Shown piece after piece: positions 56,244 to 64,000 of a DNA stretch of 64,000 nucleotides. The notes under the pieces are model-generated. The model worked only from the letters and a program-made list of their open reading frames with translations, was not told where the DNA came from and did no database searches. Made by a program: the position numbers and the translations under genes. Every line of letters starts with the position of its first letter. The stretch's first letter is position 1. This stretch comes from Nocardioides sp. (lineage in GTDB: Bacteria > Actinomycetota > Actinomycetes > Propionibacteriales > Nocardioidaceae): NCBI GenBank assembly GCA_025924815.1, contig JAICHQ010000002.1, forward strand, positions 13,801-77,800, given 5' to 3'.

Positions 56244-57536
56244 TCACCAGGCACGCTGCCACGGCAGCGTGTGCTCGCGCCCCGGCCGGACGCAGAGGAT
56301 CTGGTCGACGCCCATCCGCCCCTCGCGGAACGCGAGCGCGCCGCCGACGAGGTAGAGGCGCCAGACCCGGACGACCTCCTCGCCCACCAGCGCGGTCAGC
56401 TCCGGCAGGTGCCGCTCGAAGCTCTCCAGCCAGCCACCGACCGTGCGGACGTAGTGCTCGCGCAGTGCCTGGACGTCGCGCACCTCCAGCCCCCCGCGCT
56501 CGAGATGCGCGATCGTCTCGCCGACCGGCCGCATGTGCATGTCCGGTGCGATGAACGACTCGATGAACGGACCACCGCCGGGGTGCCTGCCGGTGCGAGA
56601 CATCTGCTGCACGAGGACCCGTCCGCCCGGGCGCACCGCGCGCCGCAGAGCCTCGACGTACGTCGGGTAGCCGTGCTCGCCGACGTGCTCACCCATCTCC
56701 AGCGACCCGACCGCGTCGAAGGCTCCCGCATCCCCCCAGCCGGGCGACGCCACCTCGCGGTAGTCCTGCAGCCGGATCTCGACCCGGCCGCCGAGCCCGC
56801 GTCGGGCGATGCGCTCGTCGGCGAAGCGCTTCTGCTCGGCCGCGATCGTCACGCCGACCACCTGCGCGCCGAAGTGCTCGGCGGCGTGCAGCGACAGGGA
56901 GCCCCAGCCGCAGCCGACGTCGAGGAGCCGGGTCCCGGGCGCGAGGTCGAGCTTGCGGCACACCAGGTCCAGCTTGGCGCGCTGCGCCGACTCGACCGTC
57001 TGGTCGGAGTCGTCGCCGTAGTAGGCGCACGAGTAGGCCATCGCCGGGTCGAGGATCAGGGAGTAGAACTCGTTGGAGAGGTCGTAGTGGTGGCGGATCG
57101 CCTGCCGATCGCGGCGCCTGCTGTGCAGGCGGCCGCGCACGCGGGCCTGAGACCGAGGCGCCGCCGGCGGTCTCCCGAGGACGCCGAGCGCCCGCAGCGT
57201 TCGCGCCCCCTGTGCGAGGGCCACCGGGCTCGGCCGGCCGGTGACGCCGCGCTCGCGCCCCACCGCGAACGCCTTCGTGAGCGCCGACCCGAGGTCGCCG
57301 TGCACCTGGAGCTCGCCGGTCACGTAGGCCTGCGCCGCGCCCAGCTCCCCGGGGTGCCACAGCAGGCGGCGCAGCGCGTCGGGTGAGCGGAGCTCCACGA
57401 CCGGCGCGTCGGCGGGACCGGCCGTCGACCCGTCCCAGACCAGCAGGCGCACGGGGAGCTCGCCGCCCACGAACGGCGCGGCCGCAACGGCCAGCTCGGC
57501 AGCCACGCCCGTGCCGGACACACCCGTCCCGGTCAC
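56244..57536 (-). CDS. Cyclopropane-fatty-acyl-phospholipid synthase family methyltransferase
   Basis: HYDLSNEFY, YSCAY, LDVGCGWG, EMGEHVG. Confidence 0.92.
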   Translation of the reverse strand: MTGTGVSGTGVAAELAVAAAPFVGGELPVRLLVWDGSTAGPADAPVVELRSPDALRRLLWHPGELGAAQAYVTGELQVHGDLGSALTKAFAVGRERGVTGRPSPVALAQGARTLRALGVLGRPPAAPRSQARVRGRLHSRRRDRQAIRHHYDLSNEFYSLILDPAMAYSCAYYGDDSDQTVESAQRAKLDLVCRKLDLAPGTRLLDVGCGWGSLSLHAAEHFGAQVVGVTIAAEQKRFADERIARRGLGGRVEIRLQDYREVASPGWGDAGAFDAVGSLEMGEHVGEHGYPTYVEALRRAVRPGGRVLVQQMSRTGRHPGGGPFIESFIAPDMHMRPVGETIAHLERGGLEVRDVQALREHYVRTVGGWLESFERHLPELTALVGEEVVRVWRLYLVGGALAFREGRMGVDQILCVRPGREHTLPWQRAW

Positions 57537-58798
57537 GCGTCCCCCTCCCGGGTCAGCACCAGCTGGTGGACGTCGAGGTAGCCGGAGGCGAAGCCCGCCC
57601 GGGAGTACTCCAGGTAGAAGTGCCACATCCGCAGGAACTTCTCGTCGAAGCCCAGCGCGAGCACCCGCTCGCGAGCCGCGCGGAAGCGGCCGTCCCACTG
57701 GCGCAGGGTCTCGGCGTAGTGCGGACCGAACGAGAGCCGGTCGCCGACCCGGAGCGACGTGTGCCGCCGGGTGAGCTGCTCGATCGCCTCGGTCGAGGGC
57801 AGGAAGCCGCCGGGGAAGATGTACTTGTTGATCCAGGTGTAGGTCCGTCGGGTCGCGAGCATCCGCTGGTGCGGCATCGTGATCGCCTGGATGCCGACCC
57901 GCCCGCCCGGAGCGGTCACCCGGTCGAGGATCGTGAAGTACTCGGCCCAGAAGTCATGCCCGACGGCCTCGATCATCTCCACCGAGAGCACCACGTCGTA
58001 CGACGGCGCCTCGTCGCCCGGGTCGGCCGGGACCAGCGCGCGGTAGTCGAGCAGCTGTACGCGCACCCGGTCGGTCAGGCCGGCCGCGGCGACCCGCGCC
58101 CGGGCCAGCTCCTGCTGCTCGGTCGACAGCGTGATCGAGTGGACGACGGCCCCGCGGCGTGCGGCCCGGATCGCCAGCTCGCCCCAGCCGGTGCCGATCT
58201 CGAGCACGCGCGTGCCCGCGGTGACCCCGGTGCGGTCGAGCAGCCGCTCGATCTTGCGGGCCTGGGCGCGAGCCAGGTCGCCGCCCGGCTCCGGTCCTTC
58301 GAACAGCGCGGCGGAGTAGGTCAGGCTCGGGTCCAGGAACTCCTCGAACAGCTCGTTGGACAGGTCGTAGTGGTGGGCGATGTTGCGCCGCGAGTTCGCG
58401 CGCGTGCTCCGCTCGCGGCGCGGTGGCCGGGCGACCGCGAGCCCCCGCAGTCGCTGCAGGCGGTCGGGCACCAGCCGTGGCAGGTCGGCCGCGAGCACCG
58501 TGAGGAGGGCGCCCAGGTCGGGTGCGTCCCAGGCACCGGTCAGGTAGGCCTCGCCGAACCCTATCAGCGCGCCGCGCCCGAGCCGGGCGAAGAACTCCTC
58601 GGGCCGGTGGACGACCATCTCCGGGCCGCCCGCCCCGAGGGTGCGTCCCTCGAGGCGGACGGTGACCTGGAGCCGTCGCACGGCGGCTGTGAACAGGTGA
58701 CGCGCGACGTACGCCGAGACGGTGGTGCGGGCCCCGGCCGGCACCCGAGCGAGGTCGGGCCACTGGTCGATCGCGGGGCGGCTGAGGACGGTCGTCAC
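57533..58798 (-). CDS. CFA-synthase family methyltransferase (UfaA1/UfaM-like)
   Basis: HYDLSNELF, LEIGTGWG, EMIEAVG, YIFPGG, FYLEYS.AGF. Confidence 0.92.
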   Translation of the reverse strand: MTTVLSRPAIDQWPDLARVPAGARTTVSAYVARHLFTAAVRRLQVTVRLEGRTLGAGGPEMVVHRPEEFFARLGRGALIGFGEAYLTGAWDAPDLGALLTVLAADLPRLVPDRLQRLRGLAVARPPRRERSTRANSRRNIAHHYDLSNELFEEFLDPSLTYSAALFEGPEPGGDLARAQARKIERLLDRTGVTAGTRVLEIGTGWGELAIRAARRGAVVHSITLSTEQQELARARVAAAGLTDRVRVQLLDYRALVPADPGDEAPSYDVVLSVEMIEAVGHDFWAEYFTILDRVTAPGGRVGIQAITMPHQRMLATRRTYTWINKYIFPGGFLPSTEAIEQLTRRHTSLRVGDRLSFGPHYAETLRQWDGRFRAARERVLALGFDEKFLRMWHFYLEYSRAGFASGYLDVHQLVLTREGDA

Positions 58799-60762
58799 GA
58801 GTCGTCCCGTTCGCGGGCGGGTCGCGGCTGGAGCGGCAGGCGCCGGAGCCACAGCGCGATGCCGTGAGCGCGGATCAGGGCGGAGCCGCGGAGCGCGGCC
58901 GGTGCGGCGCGACGCGGCGAGACCTCGGTACGCCGACCGGCCAGCGACGCGCTGAACGTCGCGCCGTCGTCGGTGTGCAGCGCGATCGCGACCCGCAGGT
59001 CGTCGCCCGGCACCGGCACCCGCACGTCGTACCAGCCGTCGGTGCCGTGGAACGGCGAGACGTAGAGGTCCTTGTCGACCCGCGCGCGGCCGTGCTCGTC
59101 GGGATGCACGAGGTAGACGTGGCGGTCGCCGTAGGTGTTGTGCACCTCCATGATCACCCCGGCGAGGCGCTGCTGCCGGTCGAAGCACCAGTGGACGCTG
59201 ATCGGGTTGAAGCAGTAGCCGAAGGCGCGCGCGTTGGCCGCCATCAGCACCCGACCGCCGTCCAGGGCGATGCCGCGCTCGGCCAGGAAGGCGTCGACGT
59301 TCGCGCGGATCGAGCGACGGGGCGACCCCAGGTGGTCGCGCGCCTCGAACGTGCCGAGGACGCCGTGATCGGGCAGGGCGTCGAGGTCGACCAGCCAGGT
59401 GTGGGTGCGGTGCTCGAAGGTCTTGTGGAACGGCCGGCGTCGGGTGTGCCGGATGCGGGAGGCGTACATGCCGGTCGGCGGCAGCGCGGGACAGTCCCAG
59501 GGCAGCCCGAGCCGGGCGACGGCCGCGGCGCCCGAGCGCGCGCCGTCCTCGTGGAACCCCCAGCCGTGGTAGGCGCCGGCGAATGCGACCCGCGCGGTGT
59601 CGACCTCGGGCAGAGCCCGCTGGGCGGCGACGGACTCGGGCGTGTAGATCGGGTGGGCGTACTCCCGCCGCGCGATCACGGAGTCGGGGTCGACGAGCCC
59701 CTCGCCGCCCAGGGTCACCAGGTAGCGGGTCTCGGTGGGCAGGCGCTGCAGCCGGGTCAGGTCGTAGGTCACGGTCACGCCCGCCCGGCTCTCGTCGCGT
59801 GGCCGCAGGAAGTTCCACGACGCGCGGGCCCGCTCCGCCCGCGGCAGCAGGCTGGTGTCGGTGTGCAGGAGGGCGACGTTGTCGCTGTAGGGGAGGGCCG
59901 ACAGTGCGCGTCGCTGGGCGGCGGTCGGCTCGTCGAGCATCGCCAGTGCCTGGTCGGGATGGGTGGCGATCACGACGGCGTCGTACGTCGTCGTCCGGCC
60001 GTTGCCGTCGGTGACGCGCACGCCGTCGGGCGTCTCCACGACCGAGGTCACCTTGGTGCCGACCCGCACGTCGTCGAGCCGGGCGGCGACCCGCGCGACG
60101 TACGCCTGCGAGCCGCCGACGACCGTGCGCCACTGCGGTGACCCGGTGATCGACAGCATGCCGTGGTGGCCCAGGAACTCGAACAGGTAGCGGGCCGGAT
60201 AGTCCTGCGCGACCGCCGGGTCGCAGGACCACACGGCGGCCACGAGCGGCTCGATGAACTGCCGGCGGAAGTACGCCGAGAAGCCGACCTCGGCGAGGAA
60301 CCGACGCAGCGTGGTGTCGCCGCCGTCACCGTGGGCCGGGTCGGCGAGCAGCGCCGCGGCGCGCCGGTGGAAGCGCGGCACCTCCCGCAGCATGCGGAGG
60401 TACGCCGGCCGGGCCAGGTTGTGCGCGGTCGGGAACAGGCCGCGCACCCCCCGCGCGCCGGCGTACTCCAGGCCGGTGCGCTGGTCGCGCACCGACATCG
60501 ACATCTCCGACGGCTGCGTGGCGACGCCGAGCTCGGCGAACAGCCGGAGCAGGGTCGGGTAGGTGCGCCGGTTGTGCACGATGAAGCCGGTGTCGATCGC
60601 CAGCCCGTCCACCTCGTGGGTGTCCGCGTGACCCCCGAGCCGGCCGTCCGCCTCGTAGAGCGTGACGTGTGCGGTCCGGGCCGCGACGTGCGCGGCGGTC
60701 AGCCCGGCGATGCCGGACCCGATCACTGCGATCCGCCGGTGGCCGGTCGCGGGGGTGGTCAT
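58795..60762 (-). CDS. FAD-dependent oxidoreductase fused to DUF1365
   Basis: GSGIAG, DTGFIVHN, GWGFHEDG, then FNPISVHWC, EVHNTYG, YVSPF in one frame. Confidence 0.9.
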   Translation of the reverse strand: MTTPATGHRRIAVIGSGIAGLTAAHVAARTAHVTLYEADGRLGGHADTHEVDGLAIDTGFIVHNRRTYPTLLRLFAELGVATQPSEMSMSVRDQRTGLEYAGARGVRGLFPTAHNLARPAYLRMLREVPRFHRRAAALLADPAHGDGGDTTLRRFLAEVGFSAYFRRQFIEPLVAAVWSCDPAVAQDYPARYLFEFLGHHGMLSITGSPQWRTVVGGSQAYVARVAARLDDVRVGTKVTSVVETPDGVRVTDGNGRTTTYDAVVIATHPDQALAMLDEPTAAQRRALSALPYSDNVALLHTDTSLLPRAERARASWNFLRPRDESRAGVTVTYDLTRLQRLPTETRYLVTLGGEGLVDPDSVIARREYAHPIYTPESVAAQRALPEVDTARVAFAGAYHGWGFHEDGARSGAAAVARLGLPWDCPALPPTGMYASRIRHTRRRPFHKTFEHRTHTWLVDLDALPDHGVLGTFEARDHLGSPRRSIRANVDAFLAERGIALDGGRVLMAANARAFGYCFNPISVHWCFDRQQRLAGVIMEVHNTYGDRHVYLVHPDEHGRARVDKDLYVSPFHGTDGWYDVRVPVPGDDLRVAIALHTDDGATFSASLAGRRTEVSPRRAAPAALRGSALIRAHGIALWLRRLPLQPRPARERDDS

Positions 60763-61496
60763 GTCGCCCCGTTCCCCGATGACGGCGCACTCAGCGCGAA
60801 GACGGCGATCGGGTCGGACGTCGGCTGCGGCGAGCCGCCCGCGGGCTCGACGCTGACCGCAGCGGCCGCTGCCGTCGCCGCATCGCCCATCAGCACCGTC
60901 GGCGTGTCGGCCTGCGTCATCAGGCCGGCCGAGACCATGTCCTGGCCGGGTTGCTGGAGCCACATCTGGTAGGTCCGTCCGGCCGGAGCGGCCGGGACGT
61001 CGTGTCCGACGAGCACCGCCCGGTGGAGCGAGGCCGAGCGCACCAGGGTGAGCTCGCCGCGACCGCCGGGGAGCCGCTCGACGATCTTGACCGCGTCCGG
61101 TGCGTGCAGGATCTGGTCGGCCAGCGTGGCCCGATCGTCCTGCCACGGGTGCCAGGCGAGGGCGCCGACGGCCAGCAGTACCACCGCGGCGGCCGCGACG
61201 AGCAGCTGCGACAGCCCGCGGCGGCGGACGTGTGAGGAGGACAGCCGCGTCGGCGGCGCCGGGGACTCCGGCGGCAGCGGCCGCACCTGGCTGATGCCCG
61301 CGAGGACGCTGTCGCGCAGCGATGCCGGCGGCGTCACGGCCTCGGTCTCGGACAGCAGGGCACCGGTCTCGCGGAACGACGCCACCTCGGCGCGGCACTC
61401 GGGGCACACCGCCAGGTGCTGCTCGAACTCGGCGCGCTCGGCGTCGTCGAGAGCGTCGACGGCGTAGGCGCCCGACAGGGCATGGATGTCGCTCAT
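60759..61496 (-). CDS. rskA: Anti-sigma-K factor
   Basis: ZAS motif HLAVCPEC, TM helix, YQMW, VSVEPAGGS.QPT. Confidence 0.9.
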   Translation of the reverse strand: MSDIHALSGAYAVDALDDAERAEFEQHLAVCPECRAEVASFRETGALLSETEAVTPPASLRDSVLAGISQVRPLPPESPAPPTRLSSSHVRRRGLSQLLVAAAAVVLLAVGALAWHPWQDDRATLADQILHAPDAVKIVERLPGGRGELTLVRSASLHRAVLVGHDVPAAPAGRTYQMWLQQPGQDMVSAGLMTQADTPTVLMGDAATAAAAAVSVEPAGGSPQPTSDPIAVFALSAPSSGNGAT

Positions 61497-62107
61497 GCCG
61501 TCCCTACCTCTCCGACGCCCAGTGCGTCTCTCAGCCGGATCAGGCCGTCCCTGATCCGGGTCTTCGCGGTGCCGATCGGGAGCTCGAGCATCGTGGCGAT
61601 CTCGGTATGGGTGTAGCCGCCGAGGAAGGCCAGCTCCACGGCCTCGCGCTGCTTGGTGGTCAGGTCCGCCAGGGCCGTGCGGACCCGGGTCGCCTCGAGC
61701 GACGCGGCCGCGACCTCCGCGGTCTCGTCGTGCGCCACGGTGATCTGGCGATGTCCGTACGCCGCGTCGCGCCGTCCCGAGGCCTCGGCCGAGCGGACCC
61801 GGTCGACCGCCTTGCGGTGCACGATCGTCAGCAGCCACGAGATCGCGCTGCCCTTGGCCGGGTCGAACCGCGAGGCGTGTCGCCAGCAGTCCAGGTAGGA
61901 CTCCTGGGTGACCTCCTCGGCCTGGGCACGGTCGCGCAGGACCCGGACGGCGAGCCCGAAGGCCCGCGCCGAGGTGGCGTCGTACAGCTCGGCGAAGGCG
62001 CCCTCGTCTCCCCGGCTGGCTCGTTTCAGCAGCTCGGCGAGGTGTGCCGCCGGCGACCCGCCCTCCTCGGAGGGCGGGCCGGACGGCACGGGCCGTAGGT
62101 GGTTCAC
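61493..62107 (-). CDS. sigK: ECF RNA polymerase sigma factor SigK
   Basis: AEEVTQE, HRKAVDRVRS, LPIGTAKTRIRDGLIRLRD; directly upstream of rskA. Confidence 0.92.
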   Translation of the reverse strand: MNHLRPVPSGPPSEEGGSPAAHLAELLKRASRGDEGAFAELYDATSARAFGLAVRVLRDRAQAEEVTQESYLDCWRHASRFDPAKGSAISWLLTIVHRKAVDRVRSAEASGRRDAAYGHRQITVAHDETAEVAAASLEATRVRTALADLTTKQREAVELAFLGGYTHTEIATMLELPIGTAKTRIRDGLIRLRDALGVGEVGTA

Positions 62108-62121
62108 GGAGTGATCCTGTC

Positions 62122-62742
62122 TCACATCTTCGGCATCAGGACCGAGTTGATGATGTAGACCGTGGCGTTGGCCGTCGGGACGTTGCCGCACACGATCGAC
62201 GCCTTCTGCGTCCCCACCACGAAGTCCGGGTCGGAGCCGCTGATCGTCAGGGTGCCGCCCTCGAGCGTCTTGTGGCTGCCGGCCAGCTGGTCGGGAGCGA
62301 GCTCGCCCGGCACCACGTGGTAGGTCAGGATCCTGGTCAGCGTGGCCTTGTCGGCCAGCACGGACTTGAGCGTCTTGGGCGGGATGGCCGCGAACGCGTC
62401 GTTGGTCGGGGCGAAGACGGTGATGTCCTTCTGGGAGTTCAAGGTGTCGACCAGGCCGGCCTTGGTGACGGCCGTGACCAGGGTGGAGAGCACCGGGTTG
62501 GCGCCGGCCGCGGACGCGACGGGTGCCGTCGCCATCCCCTGGAAGGAGCCGTCGCCGGTCTTCGGCACGGCCGAGCAGCCGTCGCCGAAGGTCTGGGCGG
62601 CCGGGTCGGACATGCTCGAGTCGCCGGAGCCGGTGGTGCCGGCGGCGGTGGTCGAGCTGTCGCCGCTGCCGCAGGCCGCCAGGCCGAGGGTGGCCCCCAG
62701 CGCGATCGCGGCGATCCCCGTGCGTCGGATCTTGGTGTTCAT
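62122..62742 (-). CDS. Fasciclin-domain lipoprotein (MPT83/MPT70-like)
   Basis: Lipobox LAAC; TVFAPTNDAF, ILTYHVV, CGNV.T.NATVYII.SVLMP. Confidence 0.92.
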   Translation of the reverse strand: MNTKIRRTGIAAIALGATLGLAACGSGDSSTTAAGTTGSGDSSMSDPAAQTFGDGCSAVPKTGDGSFQGMATAPVASAAGANPVLSTLVTAVTKAGLVDTLNSQKDITVFAPTNDAFAAIPPKTLKSVLADKATLTRILTYHVVPGELAPDQLAGSHKTLEGGTLTISGSDPDFVVGTQKASIVCGNVPTANATVYIINSVLMPKM

Positions 62743-62778
62743 GGTGACCTCTTTCGGTTGATGTGCGGTCGACAGTGG

Positions 62779-62804
62779 TTCGGAGCGGGGGCTGTCGTGG
62801 ATGG
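62779..62804 (-). promoter_or_regulatory. SigK promoter CCATCC-N15-CCGAA upstream of the fasciclin gene
   Basis: On the + strand, TTCGG at 62779-83 and GGATGG at 62799-804; matches the mycobacterial SigK consensus. Confidence 0.8.
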
Positions 62805-62819
62805 GCGCGTCCGTGTGAC

Positions 62820-64000
62820 TCAGGACACCGCGACGACGAGCTTCTGGATGCCGGACGACCCGTCGGGGAAGGGCGTCGCGCGGACCGCGGTCTGCACGTT
62901 CCCCTTCCGGTCGGTCGCGCGGCTCGCGATCTGGTGCGAGCCCGGCTTCGCATCCCACGGCAGGTACCACTGGCGCCAGTAGTCCTGGCCGGCGCTCGGG
63001 CCGAGGGCGGCCTGCTGCCACGGCCCGCCGTCGATCTGCACCTCGACCTTCGCGACGCCGACGGGCTGGGCCCAGGCGACGCCGCCGATGAACGTCCTGC
63101 CGGATGCAAGGTGCAGCCCGTTCGGGGTGTCGATGCGGCTGGCGATCTTGATCGGGGCGTCGGTGGCCCAGTGCCGGTCGGTCCAGTACGCCGCGCGGTC
63201 GGCGTACGTCGTCAGCGTCATCCTGCTGATCCACTTGCAGGCGCTGATGAAGCCGTACAGGCCAGGCACGACCATGCGCGCGGGGAAGCCGTGGGCGCGC
63301 GGCAGCGCCTCGCCGTTCATCCCGATCGCGATCATCGCGTCGCGGCCGTCGGTGGCGGGCGCGAGCGGCGTGCTGATGGTCATCCCGTCGACGTCGGTGG
63401 AGAGGATCTGGTCGGCGGTGCCGCCGACGCCGGCCCGGTCGAGCAGGTCGGTGAGACGGACGCCGAGCCAGCGCGCACCGCTGACGTAGGGGCCGCCTAC
63501 CTCGTTGGAGACGCAGGTCAGCGTGATGTCGCGCTCGATCAGGGGCATGGCCAGCAGGTCGTCGAAGCTCCATGACTGCGCGCGGCGGACGTCGCCGTCG
63601 ATGCTCAGCGACCACGAGTCGGCGTCGACGATCGGCAGGCTGAGACGGGTGTCGACGCGGTAGAAGTCGGCGGTGGGGGTGCGGAACGGCGTGATCCCCT
63701 GGACTCGGTCGTCGAGCCCCCGGGGGAACGGCGGGGCCGGGCTCCGCGGCCGTGGCAGGGAGATGGCCCCGATGGCCGCGCGGGAGCGGGCGATCAGCCG
63801 CCCGGCGTACCCGCTCGCGGCGGCGACCGCGGCCACTCCGGCGGCGGCGACGAGGACGCCGCGGCGGCTCACCCCGCTCGAGCCGAGCTCTCCGATGGTC
63901 GAGCGCCGTCGAGGCCGTGAGCCGGCCTCGAGCCTCGCAAGGACGGCCAGGGCCCCGAGCCCGACCGCCAGCGTGACCAGCCCGGGCAGCGCGTCCACCG
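62820..64000 (-). CDS. Molybdopterin-dependent (sulfite oxidase family) membrane oxidoreductase, 5'-truncated
   Basis: TP..DFYRVD, CVSNEVGG, HGFPARMVVPGLYG, KW, WRQW. Confidence 0.9.
   Translation of the reverse strand, partial: VDALPGLVTLAVGLGALAVLARLEAGSRPRRRSTIGELGSSGVSRRGVLVAAAGVAAVAAASGYAGRLIARSRAAIGAISLPRPRSPAPPFPRGLDDRVQGITPFRTPTADFYRVDTRLSLPIVDADSWSLSIDGDVRRAQSWSFDDLLAMPLIERDITLTCVSNEVGGPYVSGARWLGVRLTDLLDRAGVGGTADQILSTDVDGMTISTPLAPATDGRDAMIAIGMNGEALPRAHGFPARMVVPGLYGFISACKWISRMTLTTYADRAAYWTDRHWATDAPIKIASRIDTPNGLHLASGRTFIGGVAWAQPVGVAKVEVQIDGGPWQQAALGPSAGQDYWRQWYLPWDAKPGSHQIASRATDRKGNVQTAVRATPFPDGSSGIQKLVVAVS

Noticed and set aside
57533-61838. Apparent giant fusions (899-aa, 870-aa and 359-aa ORFs) across the sigK cluster
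   Set aside because: The upstream parts are off-frame read-through of neighbouring genes; only the oxidoreductase-DUF1365 fusion has family motifs in both halves.
184-63615. Many long alternative-frame or antisense ORFs (e.g. 8018-10699, 9025-12009, 50979-53873, 44568-46997)
   Set aside because: Arg/Pro/Gly-rich shadow ORFs expected in very high-GC DNA; they overlap well-supported genes and show no family motifs.
1-64000. CRISPR arrays, tRNA/rRNA, IS or prophage
   Set aside because: No regularly spaced repeats, cloverleaf or rRNA signatures, and no transposase or integrase ORFs were seen.

Overview
High-GC actinobacterial chromosomal window, probably Nocardioides-like (inferred from gene content and repeat style). 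It is densely coding, with about 62 CDS. I found no rRNA, tRNA, CRISPR array, transposase or phage gene. Left to right: 3' part of ppc; PadR/DUF1707; GNAT; YceI; a stand-alone TrpB2; a folE + FAD reductase operon with a divergent Cys-rich regulator; a PBP; EF-G2; gabD; a LuxR regulator; glpD/TetR/alkyl-DHAP-synthase-like genes; a GH1; ugd; a polar amino-acid ABC transporter; lipid catabolism genes (racemase, BVMO, fadA/fadB, an Atu/acyl-CoA carboxylase cluster); clpP3/4-popR-like genes; and a SigK-RskA locus with fasciclin and fatty-acid-modifying genes. Most notable: (1) several short palindromic repeat families, some lying in-frame inside proteins and one supplying a stop codon; (2) a candidate SigB/SigF-driven sRNA with an anti-SD-like loop; (3) a membrane-anchored degenerate ECF sigma fusion inside an ACAD10/11- or Lva-like gene trio; (4) a SigK-linked furan-fatty-acid-like cluster with a desaturase-DUF1365 fusion; (5) an orphan folE-reductase module; (6) a ClpP paralogue lacking its catalytic Ser, with PopR-like boxes. 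All calls come from reading motifs by eye; no database searches were run, and several start codons are best guesses.
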